Source: the human T2T-CHM13v2.0 reference genome, Homo sapiens
Assembly: GCF_009914755.1 (NCBI RefSeq)
Contig: NC_060925.1
Length of the DNA: 64,000 nt
Reading direction: 5' to 3' (one strand)
Shown here: positions 13,501 to 27,090 of the stretch, piece after piece
How the letters are laid out: each line of letters opens with the position of its first letter
Numbering within the stretch: the stretch's first letter is position 1
Position numbers and translations under genes: made by a program
Notes under the pieces: model-generated
Told to the model about the DNA's origin: nothing
The model's database searches: none
What the model saw: the letters and a program-made list of their open reading frames with translations, nothing else

Positions 13501-13745
13501 GAAAGAACCAGTTCTAGTCTTCCATACCCCTGTGGAGTGACTGTAGTTAACAATTTATTGTGTATTGTCAAATACCTAAAGGACAATTTTGAGTGTTCCC
13601 AACTCAAATAAACAGCAAATATTTGAGATAATAAAATTATTAATTACTCTAATTTCATCACTATATATTGCAGGTATGCACTGAAATATTATTCTGTACC
13701 CCAGAAATATGTACAAGTATTACATGTCAATTAAAAATAAAATTA
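10572..13745 (+). mobile_element. L1MA (MA5-like) 3' fragment split by Tigger1 (10572-10686 and 13131-13745)
   Basis: Flanks rejoin as ...aaatcagta|tattgaag..., continuous L1 3' sequence ending tcaattaaaaataaaa. Confidence 0.8.
10687..13130 (-). mobile_element. Full-length Tigger1 DNA transposon (TcMar-Tigger/pogo-like), transposase disrupted
   Basis: TIRs caggcatgcctc... / ...ggtgtgccag at a TA site (right copy decayed to TG); ORFs 11850..12131 'IYHSKNPRALKNYSKSTLPVLY' and 11156..11344 '[20 protein letters not shown]' match Tigger1/TIGD1-type transposase; ~2.4 kb. Confidence 0.95.
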
Positions 13746-16500
13746 GAAAAATATCCAACAATTATTTTAAAAAGTATATACAAGTTCTTTTGTTAAGTAA
13801 ATGGTGGCAACATTTGGGGACACAGGTCACAAAAAGTTAAATTTTCTTTTTCCATAAACTGATTATGTGAATTATTTCAAGTGATGGGCTTAATTTTACT
13901 ACATATTTTAAAATAACGGTCCATGTAGACCCATGCTAAATACCAATAAACCTTCAATTAAATACTATGTTTGTCTGATTCTAAATGATTCTCTGTCTTT
14001 GAAACACACACACACACAATTAAAAATTCTCTCAAAATGAAAAAGAATGAAAAGTGTTTTTGCATTCATGCCCTGCTACATAATACTTATAATCCACTTA
14101 CCGTAACAACCCTCTCAGCTTTGCAAATGATATGTAGTAATTGGTGCACAATCCAAAACCGGTAGGCACTATTCACATAGAATATAATTTGACTGGTACA
14201 TCCTGTAGCTTTGGTATTTGCCCAAGTATTTACTTTTCATTATAAGGACAAAGAATTTTCATATTGATAATGATGGGCACATATAGACAAAAAAGGATTT
14301 TAAAAACAGTGTCCATAATGTTGTCAGTAAAATTAAGATGCTTGCTAGGCGTGGTCTTTATCATTGCTTAATCCCTTTATCATCTAAACTACGTGTGGAG
14401 TTTCTCCTTATTTGAGGTTATTTTTTAAACTTTTTATTGATAGCTATTATTTAGAAAAAAAGTGTTAGTATTGAAAGACACAAAAATAAGGACACTATAT
14501 TTGTTATATGAGCATATATTATCATCCTCATTTCTACTTCTACACCATATCCACCCCTTCATTTTTATAGAATCTCAACTCTTTAAAAGAACCTATTTTT
14601 ATTTTTTCACTCTCAATTTGTCTCAGCTTTTAGCTGTTGTGTAGTAACAACATTTATAACTTGAGTATCTAGTTTACTCTCTTTTTGTCCATCAAAACTC
14701 GTGGACGTTTTGATTTTATTGCATAAACACATTTTCAACACAGTAATTTTTCCAGCCCTTTCTAAGTTCTAGAGCTAAGTTCTTTTCCTTCATCTTTTTC
14801 TTTTTTTCTTTTTTTTTTTTTAAGCTTTCCACACTCATGGTTGGTCAAATTCTAGTCAAACACTATCTAATAGTAATACAATACAACTACACTAAGTATA
14901 GAGTAGGTCACTTACACACTCATGCAGTATAAAGAAAAAGGTGAAATTAATTGGATTTGTATAATATATTTAAACCATTATGTTCAAAGTATTTTGGACA
15001 TTGATAAACAGTCCTCAGCAGATAAATGGCATGACTTAACAATATGCACTGTTCATAGTCAAGATGTTAACAAAAAATATATATAGTGTATAAGCATCCT
15101 GGAAATTAGCAAAACCTGAGGAAATTGCAAGAATTACAAGTAGCATAAAATATATCTCAGCATCCTAATAAAAAGGTTTTTTGAAACAGTAATCAACTAA
15201 GTTACCGAAAAATTAAGAATGACACTTTTCTTGCACGAGAGGAATGAGATTATACCTAATACGCTATTAACAATAAAAACATTTATTTTAATAAAATTAT
15301 TTTTGATAAGCCAGCAAAATTATAATTTGAAATAATTTTAATAAAATAATTATAGAATATGGCTGTCAAAAAGAGCTCATGATTTTAAAGAGATGACTTG
15401 AACCATGCAAATTATAACAAATAATATTATTGTTTTTCCATTGGTTACACTTTCACTTATGTTTTTCACACAGTGTCTAATCTAATATCATTTTTGGAAA
15501 GCTGCTGGTATGCTTACTACTGCTTTCTTCTTCTCTTAAAGTAATTAAAAACGACTTTGTTTTTCTGTTTTGATAATTTCAAAACTCTGTGTTACAACCA
15601 TAATTTCTACATGTCCATTAGCAATTCCCTTTGTAACAAAAGTTATATGCTTTGTCTTTTAAACTAAAATTTATTTTATTTTCTGCCAAAAAAGTTTTAC
15701 TAAATCAGAAAATAATATTCTATTTAAAAGAAACACAACTAAAAAGAGATGGTCAAAAACTGAAAGTTCTGGTTTATTCAAAGCTGTTGAACATCATGAG
15801 AAAACGTTGGAATTAAAATAAAATGGAATAAAATTAAATATAATACAGATGTAGAAATACAGATATCTCAATTTAAAAAAAAGTCCCTCTAGGCATATCT
15901 TCATTGTAGAATTAAAAATATAGACGTAAAATCTATATAAGTGTTTATATGTACATTTATCTCTATCCAAGACTGAAGAAAAAGGCAAATTCATGAGTGG
16001 GAAGAAAAAGGCAGACATCTTATCTGCAGCTCATTCTTCTACCTTTGAGGATGCTTGAGGAGAAAGAAAAATAAAAACATGATTTTGTCAAAATTATTTG
16101 TAAATATGCTAATCAATCATCTGATGGCCTCTAACAGAAAAATATAATAGAGATTCTTAATCTGTGAAATGTTTTTAGCATGGTCTGTCTGGGCTGCTTA
16201 TGGTAAATGAACCTAGAATGTATGTATTTATGGGGTGTGGCCAGTTGTACAGTTGACTTGGTGCAAACTTGCTGTTGAGCATGAATAGTGTGCATTTCTT
16301 TTCTATTTAGAGCCCAATGACATCACATCAATTGTTCAAAATCATCCACAAGGCACTGACATGACAAAAAGTAGCTTACAGATCAAATCAGGGCTTTCAT
16401 CTCTCCCTTCCTCCACCAGAGAGCAAAATGTTAAGCATTTTACAGCATATCATTTTCATCATCCCCCTTATATTTATTTTCATTATAAACAAAAAGCCCC

Positions 16501-16635
16501 TCCCTTCCCTTCCCTTCTCTTCCCCTCCCCTCCCCTCTCCTCCTCTTTCTCTTCCCTTCTCTTCCCTCCTCTCCTCTCCTCTCCCCTACCTTCCCCTCTC
16601 CTCTCTTTTCTTTCTTTTATTTTTTCTTTTCTTTC
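16501..16635. repeat. Polypyrimidine (CT/CCT-rich) tract derived from the Alu tail
   Basis: Lies between the left TSD and the Alu body. Confidence 0.9.
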
Positions 16636-16930
<295 letters not shown>

Positions 16931-18699
16931 AAAAAGCTCCATCTTTAAAGAGTTTCTCTCCTTTCTTTGTCTGATCTAAAATATGCATCTTTTGTTAGGT
17001 CGCTGCTTCTCATATAGTATCGTGAGCATTTGCTAATTTTAACATAGCCCATGCTCACTGGACGAGGCCTGCTAGAAAATGCCAGGTTTAGCTATGTAAT
17101 TATTGAAGTATATAATGGAGATGCTTCACTGTGTAATTATTGGAGTATATAATTGGAGATGCTTCAAGATCAGTATTGTTCCCTTTCTGTAAAATAATTT
17201 TCACATGCATCACTGAGGGCTCTGTTGTTTTAAATACGAAGCAGGGAGCTTACCAAAAAAGAACCCAGGAATCTGTGTTGATGTTTCTCAGATTCTAGCA
17301 TGACTTACCTGTGACACATGTTTACATGCATTTATTTCTTTCTTTTTGGATTTTAAGAACAGTCTGAAAATGGGCAGCATCTCAAATTCTTTGGGTCAAA
17401 TTTGACAATCTGAATCAGTATATTCTCAACAAATAATGAAGAGTGAACACATTTAGTAGCACGGCTACTGCTTCTTCCACCCTGCAGTTCACTAATCTAA
17501 AAAATAAATACATTACATAAATCATAAACAAATTTAAAAAATATTTTTATAAAAAAGTTATTAAATTAAATAATAAAATTTTAAAAATGTAAAGTCCAAA
17601 TAGGAGCAGGAATATGAGGATTTAATAAGAACTATAAAATGCTCAAATAAATCAATAAAGAAATCGGTAAAGGCCTCTGGAAGTAGTAAGAATCATGAAT
17701 TGGTGTTTGTGTGTGTAAAAGTGAGGACTGCAACATGGGGCAGAGGTGGTTGTGAAGCAATGCTGAAAAGACAAGTTAGGGAACACAAGTAAGCTGGATT
17801 TTTCCTCTCCAAGGCAAATATTGCCTCAACTTACACCGACAGCACAAGCCATCAGGAACTGTGGGACAAGATAAGGATATTGTGAAAGCACTGCTGAGGT
17901 GAGGACTGAATGCTACCAGGCAGGGGTTTACCCACTCACCATTGGGAATTAATTCCCAAAGTCTGTTTTCTTCCAAAATCACAAGCTTTTTGTCCAGGAA
18001 TAAGTCTTTGACCAAAAGAGTTTCCTGATGGAGATGCAATAAAGGGAAATGGCTACAGGTTGGGACTTTGAGGATAGCTGAGTAAGGAGCCCAGCAGATC
18101 CTCTCTCGAACAGGCAAAAGAAAAAATGAACAATATTGTCAAAAACATAATTTAAAGACTGCAAAGTGACAAGGCAAATTTAGCAACACATCTTCAAAAT
18201 ATCTGCTAAATGTCAGAACAATTGTAGTGTGTACTCTGTTAATCACAGGCTACTCTCCCTGTTGCTTCCCTTCTCCACTGTGAAGAAATTCCACATGGCC
18301 AAGCAGAGCAGGAATAGCAGCTCCCTTGTCTGACTGCACAAGGTTGACTTTTGTTGGACCAAAATGCAAAGAAAATCCATGCTCAGATTTTAAAAGTCTC
18401 ATCTAAGGCCACGTAGTCAGTTAGTGGACCAATCTGGCTGAAAGCTCTAAGAATTCTTGCACTTCAGAGGGTCTTAACAGCAAGCCATGCATTTTTTAAA
18501 TTTTCACATTTGGTTCCCCAACCTGAATCTGCCTGATATCTCTCATTCCTCCTACTTTTTGGAATATTCCTAAATGCAAATCTTACCTATAATCTGTCTT
18601 TCATAGAATTTTATACCCAGATACTTTAGTTACATTGTAAAGAACCTCCCCCATCCTCATCATATGCAACATTTTTTACAAATAATTTGTCTTTCCGCT

Positions 18700-19136
18700 T
18701 CGCCTGAACTAAAATATTGGATCTCTTCTGAGATCACTCTTTCTTCTATGTCATCTATAGAAGGTTGCTAATTTTCCTGTAGCCCATGGCCCTAATGTCC
18801 CAAGGTGATATAGTGCTATCATTCATATGCTTTGTTCCCATTTCTAGGTTTATATCTTTAGGCAATAACATCTTCAATTGATTTTCATTAGCAGAATTTC
18901 CTAAACCTACAGAAATGAGTCCAAATTGACTGAAAATCTGGACTCTGGGTCACAATTTACTTTCTAGACATCATCCTAGATGACTTCTATATCTTCGTAG
19001 ATGATCAAGTGAATACATTTGTTTCATAATCTCAATACCAAACTGACTTCTATGGCCTGTTTTCCTCACCTTCCTAGAATTTTCCCTCCTTAGACAGCTC
19101 ATTTGGTCATATCATAACCTAGAATTTGGTCGCACC
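18700..19136 (+). mobile_element. L2 fragment, endonuclease region
   Basis: 18970-19005 translates IILDDFYIFVDD, resembling the L2/CR1 APE motif ILGDFNIHVD. Confidence 0.5.
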
Positions 19137-19141
19137 ATAAT

Positions 19142-19495
19142 TGTATTAGTCTGTTTTCACACTGCTGAAAAAGGCATAACCAAGACTGGGAAGGAAAAGA
19201 GGTTTTAATTGGACTTACAGTTCCACATGACTGGGAGGCCTCTGAATCACGGTGCAAGGTGAAAGGCATGTCTTACATGGCAGTGGCAAGAGAAAATGAG
19301 GAAGAAGCAAAAGCAGAAACCCATGATAAAACCATCAAATCACGTAAGACTTATTCACTAGCACGAGAATAGCACAGGAAAGATCAGCTCCCATGATTCA
19401 ATTACCTCTGCCTGAGTGCCTCCTACAACACATGGGAATTCTGGAAGATACAATTCAAGCTGAGATTTGGGTGGGGACACAGGCAAACCATATCA
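19142..19495 (-). mobile_element. THE1A solo LTR (ERVL-MaLR)
   Basis: TG...CA termini, 354 bp, THE1A-type gagaaaatgaggaagaagcaaaagc; 5-bp TSD ataat on both sides. Confidence 0.92.
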
Positions 19496-19665
19496 ATAAT
19501 TTTTTATATAATTTAAAAAACCTCCCCTAATCTTCATAATAAATTAACTTCTACTTTTCTCAATCCCTTATTTCTACCTCTGTTGTGCTTTGGCTTTCTT
19601 AAGCTTTTAAATATTCTCTTTCTTTCCTATGATACCCTTTTACTTTTAGCTTCTAGTCCCTTTTT

Positions 19666-19979
19666 CTTTCTTTCCTTTTTTTTCTTTCTTTTTTTTTTTT
19701 TTCACAGAGTCTCGCTCTGTCTCCAGGCTGGATTGCAGTGGCGCAATCTCCGCTCACTACAACCTCCGCCTTCTGGGTTGAAGAGATTCTCCTGCCTCAG
19801 CCTCCCAAGTAGCTAGGACTACAGGCAAGTACCACCATGCCAAACTAATGTTTGTATTTTTAGTAGAGATGGGGTTTCACCATGTGGGCCAGGATGGTCT
19901 TGATCTCTTGACCTCATGATCCACCCACCTGGGCGTCCCAAAGTGTTGGGATTACAGGCGTGAGCCACCATGCCCAGCC
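19666..19979 (-). mobile_element. AluSc
   Basis: gccaggatggtcttgatctcttgacctc diagnostic; TSD agtcccttttt (19655-19665 / 19980-19990). Confidence 0.92.
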
Positions 19980-20216
19980 AGTCCCTTTTTTTAACCAAAA
20001 TGTTTTTTATTCAACCACAATTGCACTTAACCCATTTAACCACCTTATTTTTTTAAAACTGTTTCTATATTCGTAGAATTATACGTATCAATAGTTAGCC
20101 TTTTGCTAATCCTAACATTCATTTTTTTTTCCTGGTGTTTTTGGAGCCTAGATAATCATGATACAGTTTAAATTTGTGGTTTCTAGTCTCCAGTTGTTTA
20201 TCAATCTTTCTTTGTA

Positions 20217-22718
20217 CTATTTATTCTTTTTAAATAGTCTGATTTTTAATGTTTCTGGGTACACAATAGGTGTATACATTTATGGGGTAGATGAGATATT
20301 CTGATACAGGCATGCAATGTGAAATAATCACATCATGAAGAATGGAGTATCCATTCATCCCATCAAGCATTTATCATTTGTATAAAAAGCAATCTAATTG
20401 TACTCTTTTGGTTATTTTTAAATGTACAATTAAATTATCATTGACTATAGTCATGCTGTCATGTTATCAAATCGTATGTCTTATTCATTCTTTCTAAATA
20501 TTAGCCATCTACACCTCTCCCTGCCAGCACCCCACTACCCTTCCCAGCCTCTAGTAACTATCCTTATACTTTATATATCCATGAGTTTGTTTTGATTTTT
20601 AGATCCCACAATTAAGTGAGAAGATGTGATCTTTGTCTCTGTGCTGGACTTATTTCACTTAGCATAGTGACCTCCAGTTCCCTCCATGTTGTTGCAAATG
20701 ACAGAATCTCATTTGAGTAGTACTCCATTGTGTATATGTACCACATTTTCTTTATTCATTCATCTGCTGATAGACACTTATATTGCTTCCAAATCTCAGT
20801 TATTGTGAACAGTGCTACAACAAACATGGGAGTACAAATATCTCTTTCATATACTGATTTTCTTTCTTTTGAGTACGTACCCAGCAGTGGAAATGCTAGA
20901 TCATATGGTAGCTCAATTTTTAGTTTTCTGAGGAAGCTCCAAACTGTTTCCATAGTGATTGTGCTAATTTACCTTCTCACCAACAGTGTACAAGGGTTGA
21001 CTTTTCTCCACATCCTCACCAGTATTTGTTATCGCCTGTCTTTTGGATGTAAATCATTTTACCAGGGGTGAGAGGATATCCCATTCTTAGATACATTTCT
21101 TAGAAATGCTTAGGATTTTCATTTCTCTGAAGATCAGTGGTGTTGATCACCTTTTCAGATGCCTGTTTGCATTTGTATGTCTTCTTTTGAGAAATATCTA
21201 TTCAAATATTTTGCCTACTTTTTGATTGGATTATTAGATATTTTCCTATAGAGTTGTTTAAGCTCTTTACTCTAGTTATTAATCCCTCATCAGAGGGGTA
21301 GTTGTCTTTTCACTTTGATTATAATTTCCTTTGCTAGGCAAAAGCTTTTTAACTTGATGTGATCCCATTTGTCCATTTTTGCTTTGGTTGCCTGTGCTTG
21401 CAGGGTATTGTTCAAGAAATCTTTGCCCAGACTAATGTCCTGGAGAATTTCCCCGATGTTATCTTGTAGTAGTTTCACAGTTTGAAGTCTCAGATTTAAG
21501 TCTTTAATTGATTTTGATTTGATTTTTGTATAAGGTGAGAGATAAAGGTCTAGTTTCATTCTTCTGCATATGGAGATCCAGTTTTCCCAGTATCATTTAT
21601 TGAAGAGACTTTCTTTTCCCCAATGTATGTTCTTGGAAACTTTATTGAAATGAGCTCCCTGTAAGTACGTGGATTTATTTCTGGGTTTTCTATTCTGTTT
21701 CATTGGTCTATGTTTGTTTATTTATTTATGTACTAATTTTTATCATTCCAGTACCATGCTGTTTTGGTTACTACAGCTCTGCAGTATAATTTGAAGTCAG
21801 GTAATGTGATTAGTCCAGTTTTGTTCTTTTTACTTAGGATATCTTTGGTTATGCTGAGTCTCTTATGGTTCCATATATATATTAGGATTTTTTTTCTATT
21901 TCTGTGCAGAATGTCATTGATCTTTTGATAGGGATTGCTTTGAATCTATATATTGCTTTGGGTAGTAGAGACATTTTAACAATATTTAATCTTCCAAACC
22001 ATGAACATGAAATACCTTTCCATTTTTTGTTGTCCTCTTCAATTTTTTTTCCTCAGTACTTTATAGTTTTCCTTATAGGGATCTTTCACTTTTTTGGTTA
22101 GTTAATTCCTAGGTATCTAATTTTATTTGTGGTTATTGTAAGTAGGATTTAAAAAAAATTTTTTTCAGATTGCTCACTGTTGGCATTTAAAAATGCTACT
22201 GACGTTTGATTTTATATCCTGCAACTTTACTGACTTTTTAAAATTAGTTCTAATAGGTTTTGTGGGTATCTTTAGGTTTTTTCAAATGTAAGATCATGTC
22301 TACAAACAAGGATATTTTGACTTCTTCCATTTCAGTTTGGATGTCCTTTATTTCTTTCTCTTGACTGATTGCTCTAGTTAGGACTGCCAGTACTGTGTCG
22401 AATAACACAGGGGTAAAAATGGGTGTCTTTATCATGTTCTAGTTCTTAGAGGAAAGTCTTTCAGTTTTTTTCCACATTCAGTGTGATTCTAGCTGTGGGT
22501 CTGTCATATATGGCTTTTAATTATGTTGAAGTATGTTCCTTCCATCTCCAGTTTTTTGGCAGTTTTATAATGAAGCAATGTTGAATTTTATCAAATGCTT
22601 TTTCAGCATCAATGGAAATGATCTCATGGTTTTACCCTTCATTCTGTTGATGTGATGCGTCACATTTAATGATTTATGTATGTTGAATCATCCTTGCATC
22701 CCAGGGAAAAATTTCTAC
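20217..22718 (-). mobile_element. 5'-truncated L1MA2-like LINE-1
   Basis: ORF2 peptides (21290..21559 '[16 protein letters not shown]', 20756..20953); L1MA 3'UTR; TSD caatctttctttgta at 20202-20216 and 22719-22733. Confidence 0.9.
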
Positions 22719-22739
22719 CAATCTTTCTTTGTAACCCTT

Positions 22740-23200
22740 GAAAATGCCAATGGTCAATGTCATCTCATACTTCCTATGGGATCTCACTGAAATAATCATT
22801 ACCAATCTTAACCCTAAGCACACTAACCTTTGTCTCAGCTTCTCTCAATCTTTGTCTCTGTCTCTCACAATCTGTCTTTATCTCCTTCCCTAAGAACCCA
22901 GGCCTCTTACTTCACAGAGAAAATGAATATTATAAAATAGCAACTCCCTTATGTTTCCATAATATAAAAAGAAAATACTTTGTACATATGTTCCCTTCCT
23001 GTAATCCTATATTAGAGTAGTAGGTTTCTTTCCTGTTTAACTTTAATCTGATCTATTCTAGTCTGGATCCTATTACATTTTATATTTTGGGGGAATCTAT
23101 GTAATTAAATGTTTCCTTTCTCCAAATTCTGTATTTTTATATTTTCTCTCTTCACTATTTTCTTTAGCATACACTTGGCTCAACCCCTTCCCAGCTTACA
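22740..23200 (+). mobile_element. L2 internal fragment
   Basis: gcctcttacttcacagagaaaatgaa...caactccct resembles L2 ORF2; pyrimidine-rich. Confidence 0.5.
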
Positions 23201-23519
23201 AATATATACAAACAAACAATATAATCTGAGAAAACTACTCTCCCCTATCTAATTTGGGTTTCTTTTTAGGTGTCACTTTTTCTTTCCTTCATTCCACTAT
23301 AATTTTCCTAGAGATAAAATATATACAAACTATCTTGCATTAATATTTTATAATAAAAATAGGAAAATTGATAATTTAATAACAAATAAAATATTTACAA
23401 AAGAGTCAATGATTTTCCTTAGGACTCAACTCATTAGTTTTTTGCATTTATTTAAACAACTATGGAGAATATATTATTCCTAGTGTCACACATAAATAAT
23501 TTATACATTAACAATTTTC

Positions 23520-23835
23520 TTCTCAGTCTCACAGATACCCAGTTTCCCTTTGCTTCCAGAGCCTACATGGAAGGTCGTGATTGGTCTGGCCACTGTGATA
23601 TGAAGGTAAGTAATGTGTGACATATTGGAGCTGAGGCAGTGAAGATGCCCGCATAATTATCCAGTCTCTGTTCTTTTTGTCAACATAATGGTAGAAGCCT
23701 TCTGTAGAGAATACGGAGCTGCAATATGAAGGCCAACAAGTTCACTGAGTCACTGCATGCAGTATAGATGTCCTTAAGAATTTCCTTGTCTTGCAGAGGA
23801 TTTTGCATGTGTTAGGAACTAATTATTCTGCATAA
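23520..23835 (+). mobile_element. Old MLT1 (I/J-like) LTR fragment
   Basis: gtctggccactgtgatatgaaggtaagtaatgtgtgacatattggagctgaggcagtgaag resembles an MLT1 motif. Confidence 0.55.
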
Positions 23836-23869
23836 TCCAGGTTGACTGGCAGATTGTTGCCTCTCTTGG

Positions 23870-24060
23870 GGTTGATACCTTTTCTGAACCAGTATACTTC
23901 TCTTTTTGGTGATCTTTCTCTTTAGCCTCTGACACAATTGATTCCATTTGTATTTCTGAGGCGCTTTTCCCCTTGACTTCCATCATTGCCTTCTGGCCTG
24001 CTTCCTTGGATCAGCTCATTCTACACATCAGAATTTGTTGTTTATCATATGGACTTTATC
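23870..24060 (+). mobile_element. L2 RT-region fragment
   Basis: 23911-23945 gatctttctctttagcctctgacacaattgattcc resembles a decayed DLSAAFDTVDH motif. Confidence 0.5.
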
Positions 24061-26756
24061 TCCTGTTAACAATTTTATGTGAAATAGGATGTTTGGTTTA
24101 AATATAACAGACAACACATTTTAACTGGCATGAGCTACCAGTGGATGATAGTTCAGGTATGTTTCTCTTTTCTTAAAAAATTATTTATTTATTTTAAATT
24201 AAACAAAATTTTATTTATCATGTAAGACATGTTTTAATCAATATTTCTGTGGTAGTTTCTACACATAATTTAACTACACTCTTTGCTATATGCCCACTTT
24301 TGCCCTCCTGATAGTAAACTGACATCAGCTGTTACATACAGGTCCCATATGAAATTCTCAGAGGAAATGTGTATACTGGGATTTCCAGAGCAGGACTATG
24401 GCTGACCAATCCTTAGGGATATGAGGGGGTAGTAAGTTTGGTTATGTGGATCAATCATGGGTGCCAAAGGTAAAATATTTGCTCTTAATGACTTCTTTCA
24501 GCCAATATTCAAACAAATGTAATGGTGCTCTAAAGTGAAGGGAAGAAGTTTTGTAAGGAAGACCCTGAACGTTACTAGAAAAAGCAAAGAAGGTGAATAG
24601 ACTGTGACATAGATGCATCCTGTACTTTAATTTGTGTTTTCTTTTTAATTAAGTGTAAACATAATTAACCTGAAGAAATAGATGTTACTCAAATTCAAGA
24701 AATTTTGCACTTCATAAAATAATTCTATAATAAATTTAGATTTATCTAAATTTATATTTTCTAATAAATGCTTTTAATTTTTGTTTATAAAATAAACATC
24801 AAAATTATAAAATAATTTTAAAATTATACTAGTATATATTTGATTCTGAAAAGTAGCACAGTTTTGATTACATCATCAATTCTGTCACGTCACACTGTTT
24901 TGATAGATTAAAAATGGGTAAAACTAATGTGACAAAGCAAAAAAAGATATCAATCTTAATATTTTAATAAGGAAACTTTTGAAGAGTTTAAGCCAAACAT
25001 TGTTTAAATGAACTTTAAAGTTACAGTTTGTCTCAACATAAAGACAGACACCTATTCCTTATGCAAAGGGCCTTAACACAATGAAGAACAACTGAGGAGA
25101 GTATTTTTTCTTCTAACATATCAGAAATATTCACTTAGGTCTGTACATTATACTAATTAAACTTATATTTTTTAATTTCTTTCTTTATAAGGAATGCATT
25201 AAAATAATGGAAATGTATCTCAATATTATACCATAATAGGCCAGCAGTAAGTACTTCTTAAATAAATGAATCAATAATATTTTGCTTATTTATATTACAG
25301 TGCACACTATCTCAAGTATAAAGTAATTTTTACTTCAATTGTAATAAGAAAATAAGCTCTATAAAATGAGTTTTAGAATAATGTTGTTTATTGAGAATCA
25401 TGTATAAGCATTATCATTAAAGAAAAAGCTATATATACTATTATTTTAATACTTTCCTATTTGTGTTTGCATATCTGTGGGCATTATATTACAGACTTTC
25501 TCTTGAAGGCTTTGTGGTAACACATGAAAATGGAGAGAAATATAATTTTAAAACCCTCAGGTGATTTTAGAGGGAGTCTGCAGCACATTAAGTAATTATT
25601 GAAGATATAGGAAAAATAATATTAAAATATGTACATGCCAACAGGGATTTTTTTTACATAAACAGAATTTTGATAAGATATCTAAAATAAACAGTGGCTT
25701 TCTGTGTTCACAAACGTTATGTTTTTGGTGATATTAACAAGGCTAAAATAATCTGTTTAATGAAGAAAGTTTACATATTGCAATGGCAACAGAATTCATT
25801 TTAAATTTAAGGAGAACATATGGGAAAGAATTTAGTTTTCTGTACATACTCTCATTTCTTTTCAGTTATCAAATCCAAATGTTGCTTTTTTCATTTAATG
25901 TAGGAAACTGACTGGATTCTGTTCTCTTTGTCATGAATAAGTAATTGCGCTTATCTGCCATGGGATTTTTTAACTAAATAGACCAAGAGTTTTCTGCGGG
26001 AGTTCTTTAATATATTTTCTATAGGCATGTAATTTAACATCAGCCAATATCAAGTAATCAAATTTCTAGAAATTGATCTCAAAAATAATGTTGAATATTT
26101 ACTTAGAAAAGAGAAACAGGATTTCTACACATATAAAGCACAGCTGAAAATAGAGGTCAGCATTTTTTGATGTATAGTGTACATAAGCTGCTCAATATAT
26201 AAATAAATCAATTTTGAAAAGCAAAAAATACCCTAAATATATCAAGCTTAATTCATGTTATCAGAAATCTACAATGGTTGTATGCTGTCAAAACAGTGGC
26301 TCTGAAGAAAATTATGAAAATCACCTAGATTAAACACGTACAAAGTGTATTAAAAAGGCAGTATGTGCTATTTTGGTGTACTGATTATATACACAATAAC
26401 AGAGAAATAAAAGTTACAGTATTTGAAGCTGTTTTTATAGAAGAGGTAGTACTGGAATTAATTCTGGATGAGCGATTAGAATACCCATAGGCAGAGTGTT
26501 TGGACAAATATTCTGCTATTTTTTGAGTAAATTATTTTTTGAAGGAAATGAGCATATTAGTAAGACTAAGACGGGAGATCAGGAATGTATTCATTTACTC
26601 TTTCAACAAATATTTATGCTTAAAAGAGAAGATGCACAATATATAATCCTTGTGGATGGTTAAAAAGAATAAAAAGAAAAAATGCTTCCTGGTTGCTATA
26701 TAGTATGAAATGGAGGAAAGAAAATTATTGGAATCGAGCAAGTATATAATATTGGA

Positions 26757-26975
26757 CAGGGGTCAGTAAAAATGCCCTGTGGGCCAAATTTGAACCACCA
26801 CGTTTTCATAAAGTTTTATTTGATCACAGCCATACTCGTAGGTACGTATTTTCTGTGACTGCTTTCATATAACAATGGCAGAGTTGAGTAGTTTTGACAA
26901 AGTCCACATGGTTGACAAAGTCTAATTTTTTTTTTTTTTAAATCTCATCCATGCCAGAAACAGTTTGCCAACTAG
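26757..26975 (+). mobile_element. MER58A (hAT-Charlie)
   Basis: caggggtcagtaaa... start, aatggcagagttgagtagtt core, agtttgccaac end. Confidence 0.8.
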
Positions 26976-27090
26976 TAGAATAAAATATATACAGTTTGGA
27001 GCAAGCCAAAATTATGGGTGCCTTAGTGGCAATCCAAAGAATACTAATTTCAATCCCTGGATTGGTAGACCACAGAAAGCTGTTAATGAA

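Noticed and set aside
16220-16330. Possible promoter cluster (GGGGTGTGG, E-boxes, CCAAT, TGACATCA)
   Set aside because: Short motifs at chance frequency; no CpG enrichment or downstream gene structure.
17776-18164. 113-aa ORF in apparently unique DNA
   Set aside because: Non-ATG start, no recognisable domain, no supporting splice or promoter context.
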